Below, piece after piece: positions 63,101-64,000 of a stretch of 64,000 bases of DNA. Positions within the stretch are counted from its first letter, which is position 1. Every line of letters begins with the position of its first letter. The DNA is taken from contig CAZGRE010000002.1 in the NCBI GenBank assembly GCA_964528085.1, positions 5,150-69,149 on the forward strand, written 5' to 3'. Source of the stretch: an uncultured Thermotogae bacterium (lineage in GTDB: Bacteria > Bipolaricaulota > Bipolaricaulia > UBA7950 > UBA9294). A program made the translations under genes and the position numbers. Under the pieces are notes generated by a model. The model was not told the DNA's origin. It worked only from the letters and a program-made list of their open reading frames with translations, and searched no databases.

Positions 63101-64000
63101 TCCCTCTCCTGGAATGACGGGTTCACGAACGATCGGGACTACGGGACGAAGCGGAGGGAGAACTCCCTCTCCGCTGATGTCGATCTCTCCCTGTCGCCTT
63201 CGCTTTCGTTCTCAGGGAGCTGGTCGCGGCCGATACAGGTGCAGGACGGCAATTGGAGCGGCCAGGAGAGTTGGGGGTTCACCGCCCACGGTGAGGGGAG
63301 GGTCCCGCTCGTATCAGGGAGGCTCGACTACGAGGCTCACCGGACGCGTGCCCTGCCGGATGGGGAGTACCGGACCGAGCACAAGGTCGAGATCGGGTTC
63401 GACTTCGATCCGTTCGAGCTCGTCGGCTGGCGGCTGATACCGAGGAGCGACCTCACGATCGAACGGAAGGATAACGAAACGGACCTCTCCGGAAGGGCGA
63501 TCGTCAACGCCACCTTGGATGCACTCACCGTTCGCACGACGCTGAGCGGGAGCGTATCGAGCCTCGGAGCCCCGCTGCGAGAGGAGTCGGGGAAGGTATC
63601 GGTCTCCATCAACTACAGCGGGATCGAGGGGCTTCGCCCCTCTCTCACCTATACCCAGAATCGGAAGAGGAAGATCTACGAAGGGGTGGATAGGCTCTCG
63701 TCGGTCGACCACTCCTTAAACGGGAGATTGACCTGGTCAGGGAGGGATGGAGAGAGCGATCGGCTCTCCTTCACCGTCCGCGTGAGTGAGAGCGATGGCG
63801 CTCCCCGGGTGAACGGCTCGATCGATAACTCCTATCAGATCGATCTCAGCGATCGAATTCCCTCCCTTTACGGAGAAAAGTTAGAGTCGGGGTTTCCGAC
63901 CCTCAACCTGACGATAGACACCTCGGGGGATTACCGGTTCGACGGGGAGGAACCGGATATCTCCGTGACGGTCAAGGGGAGGTTCGACATCGGCCTCTCC
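60134..64000 (+). CDS. Giant exported protein (>1288 aa, continues past the window end) with Reg_prop (two-component-regulator propeller)-like repeats and a beta-rich C-terminal region
   Basis: ATG at 60134; signal peptide MLRSLRKIAIAGLLIASIAAPLLG; GC3-biased codons throughout 60134-64000; repeats YIGTGSGLTVVS / LWIGTDAGLASV / IYLGTGAGLYRF / LYAGSDRGLRAF / IYYGTDDGLVRG; absent from the ORF track because it has no stop in the window. Confidence 0.65.
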   Translation, partial: MLRSLRKIAIAGLLIASIAAPLLGGDDEPFTTEITGRKTWTIRYGFGDPIGLAAAGLAPGQISLDQTLAVDIHGEALSVLTIEGHFDDQQPESMQSLTVYLDTDRLDGSFGDFTLEGLSPFAVHRRKMKGGRLDYEIGNATITAIGSRFEGITESKTFIGSTSSAQVLYSASLPDRPWVPQPYARNIEGLYAYPLSITYVEDFTDVTLSLPVTSGVESILAEYSLSYLTDWLSANQQEKIDEKKFAVVGDEQQTLVLKVRPIDLLRSRIKEGIDAYNRENALSGSEGMIYPFNEGSEYELSFLTALSQSAKLLVDSEEHELMNGILRRFYDLGQTGIVSDSLLVEVSRDGMTFTSISHPDYADYKVEVYPDEGMIEVDFPDDFFAEPARAFRVSFSYSVSGGTYSLGFSLVPGSERVTLNGEVLTRDTDYMIDYEAGLLVLLVEVKNNDVIQVDYERFTGGLGSGADYARYFYGILLDLPISEGFSLVGRLVETADDPRSIADPESARTMPNRHTVGGIVGSISLPDFIGSFTIGYGRDRFPFDDNLRAPRPNRIHTIAAGGGYVFAGHAAGLSAYRDGEWRAYGVGDGLSGRDVRAIAVIDDRAYIGTGSGLTVVSLIGVAPLDRVDSWDRYYEEDGLPDDSLRSLILHDGRLWIGTDAGLASVPVDEIDDPSAWVSYSNERLIGLGGILSLAADGDYIYLGTGAGLYRFSPDDGGITLLPGTEGARIFALYLAGGTLYAGSDRGLRAFRSGIGAGWLTIGEPVYAIGAIDGEIYYGTDDGLVRGADGKRLYRGWTITAIGSTPDGSLWVGTEADTDYTLFIWRLDEREEGFDNETAKISGEDPSGFLDIPADEHTSRGGLIRASFDRSGDRFSLSGRVESISPGYSAIGSFGRQDTAGWELDGTVELWEGAGLSASHSYHMDDLHSGSPRARLENDVSFSASFGPELSLSAHQESVDTDPHRRGAETSYLSYRFSLADALFDDALHLSLSWNDGFTNDRDYGTKRRENSLSADVDLSLSPSLSFSGSWSRPIQVQDGNWSGQESWGFTAHGEGRVPLVSGRLDYEAHRTRALPDGEYRTEHKVEIGFDFDPFELVGWRLIPRSDLTIERKDNETDLSGRAIVNATLDALTVRTTLSGSVSSLGAPLREESGKVSVSINYSGIEGLRPSLTYTQNRKRKIYEGVDRLSSVDHSLNGRLTWSGRDGESDRLSFTVRVSESDGAPRVNGSIDNSYQIDLSDRIPSLYGEKLESGFPTLNLTIDTSGDYRFDGEEPDISVTVKGRFDIGLS

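Overview
High-GC (about 65%) chromosomal segment from an uncultivated, probably diderm bacterium. Almost every gene has a signal peptide or lipobox wherever a secreted product is expected. Most of the window is a housekeeping backbone: recA-recX-ispF, rseP, tilS, yebC, uvrA-uvrB, pcm, ltaE, leuS, a phosphohexomutase, nrnA, msrC, two MFS transporters, a NUDIX hydrolase, and a PrpD-family plus IDH-family pair. Three accessory blocks sit inside this backbone. (1) 12.3-22.9 kb is a co-directional array of secreted proteins: three tandem giant CARDB-repeat surface proteins (two ending in PQQ-like beta-propellers) followed by a 20-cysteine small secreted protein with a CCCC motif, then a six-tRNA cluster that includes initiator tRNA-fMet. 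(2) 44.2-52.3 kb looks like a decayed integrative island: a RelE/ParE toxin remnant, two low-GC patches, an orphan ATP-grasp enzyme convergent with an LRR (internalin-like) protein, a multiply frameshifted IS256-family transposase, and a tRNA-Ala 3' end at the boundary. (3) 57.1-64.0 kb encodes a subtilase with a T9SS-type C-terminal sorting domain, a FadL/PorV-like outer-membrane barrel, and a >1280-aa exported protein that runs off the window. That last ORF has two-component-regulator-propeller repeats plus a beta-rich C-terminal region and is absent from the supplied ORF track because it has no stop in the window. No CRISPR array was seen. Many listed ORFs are antisense shadow ORFs typical of high-GC DNA and were not annotated.
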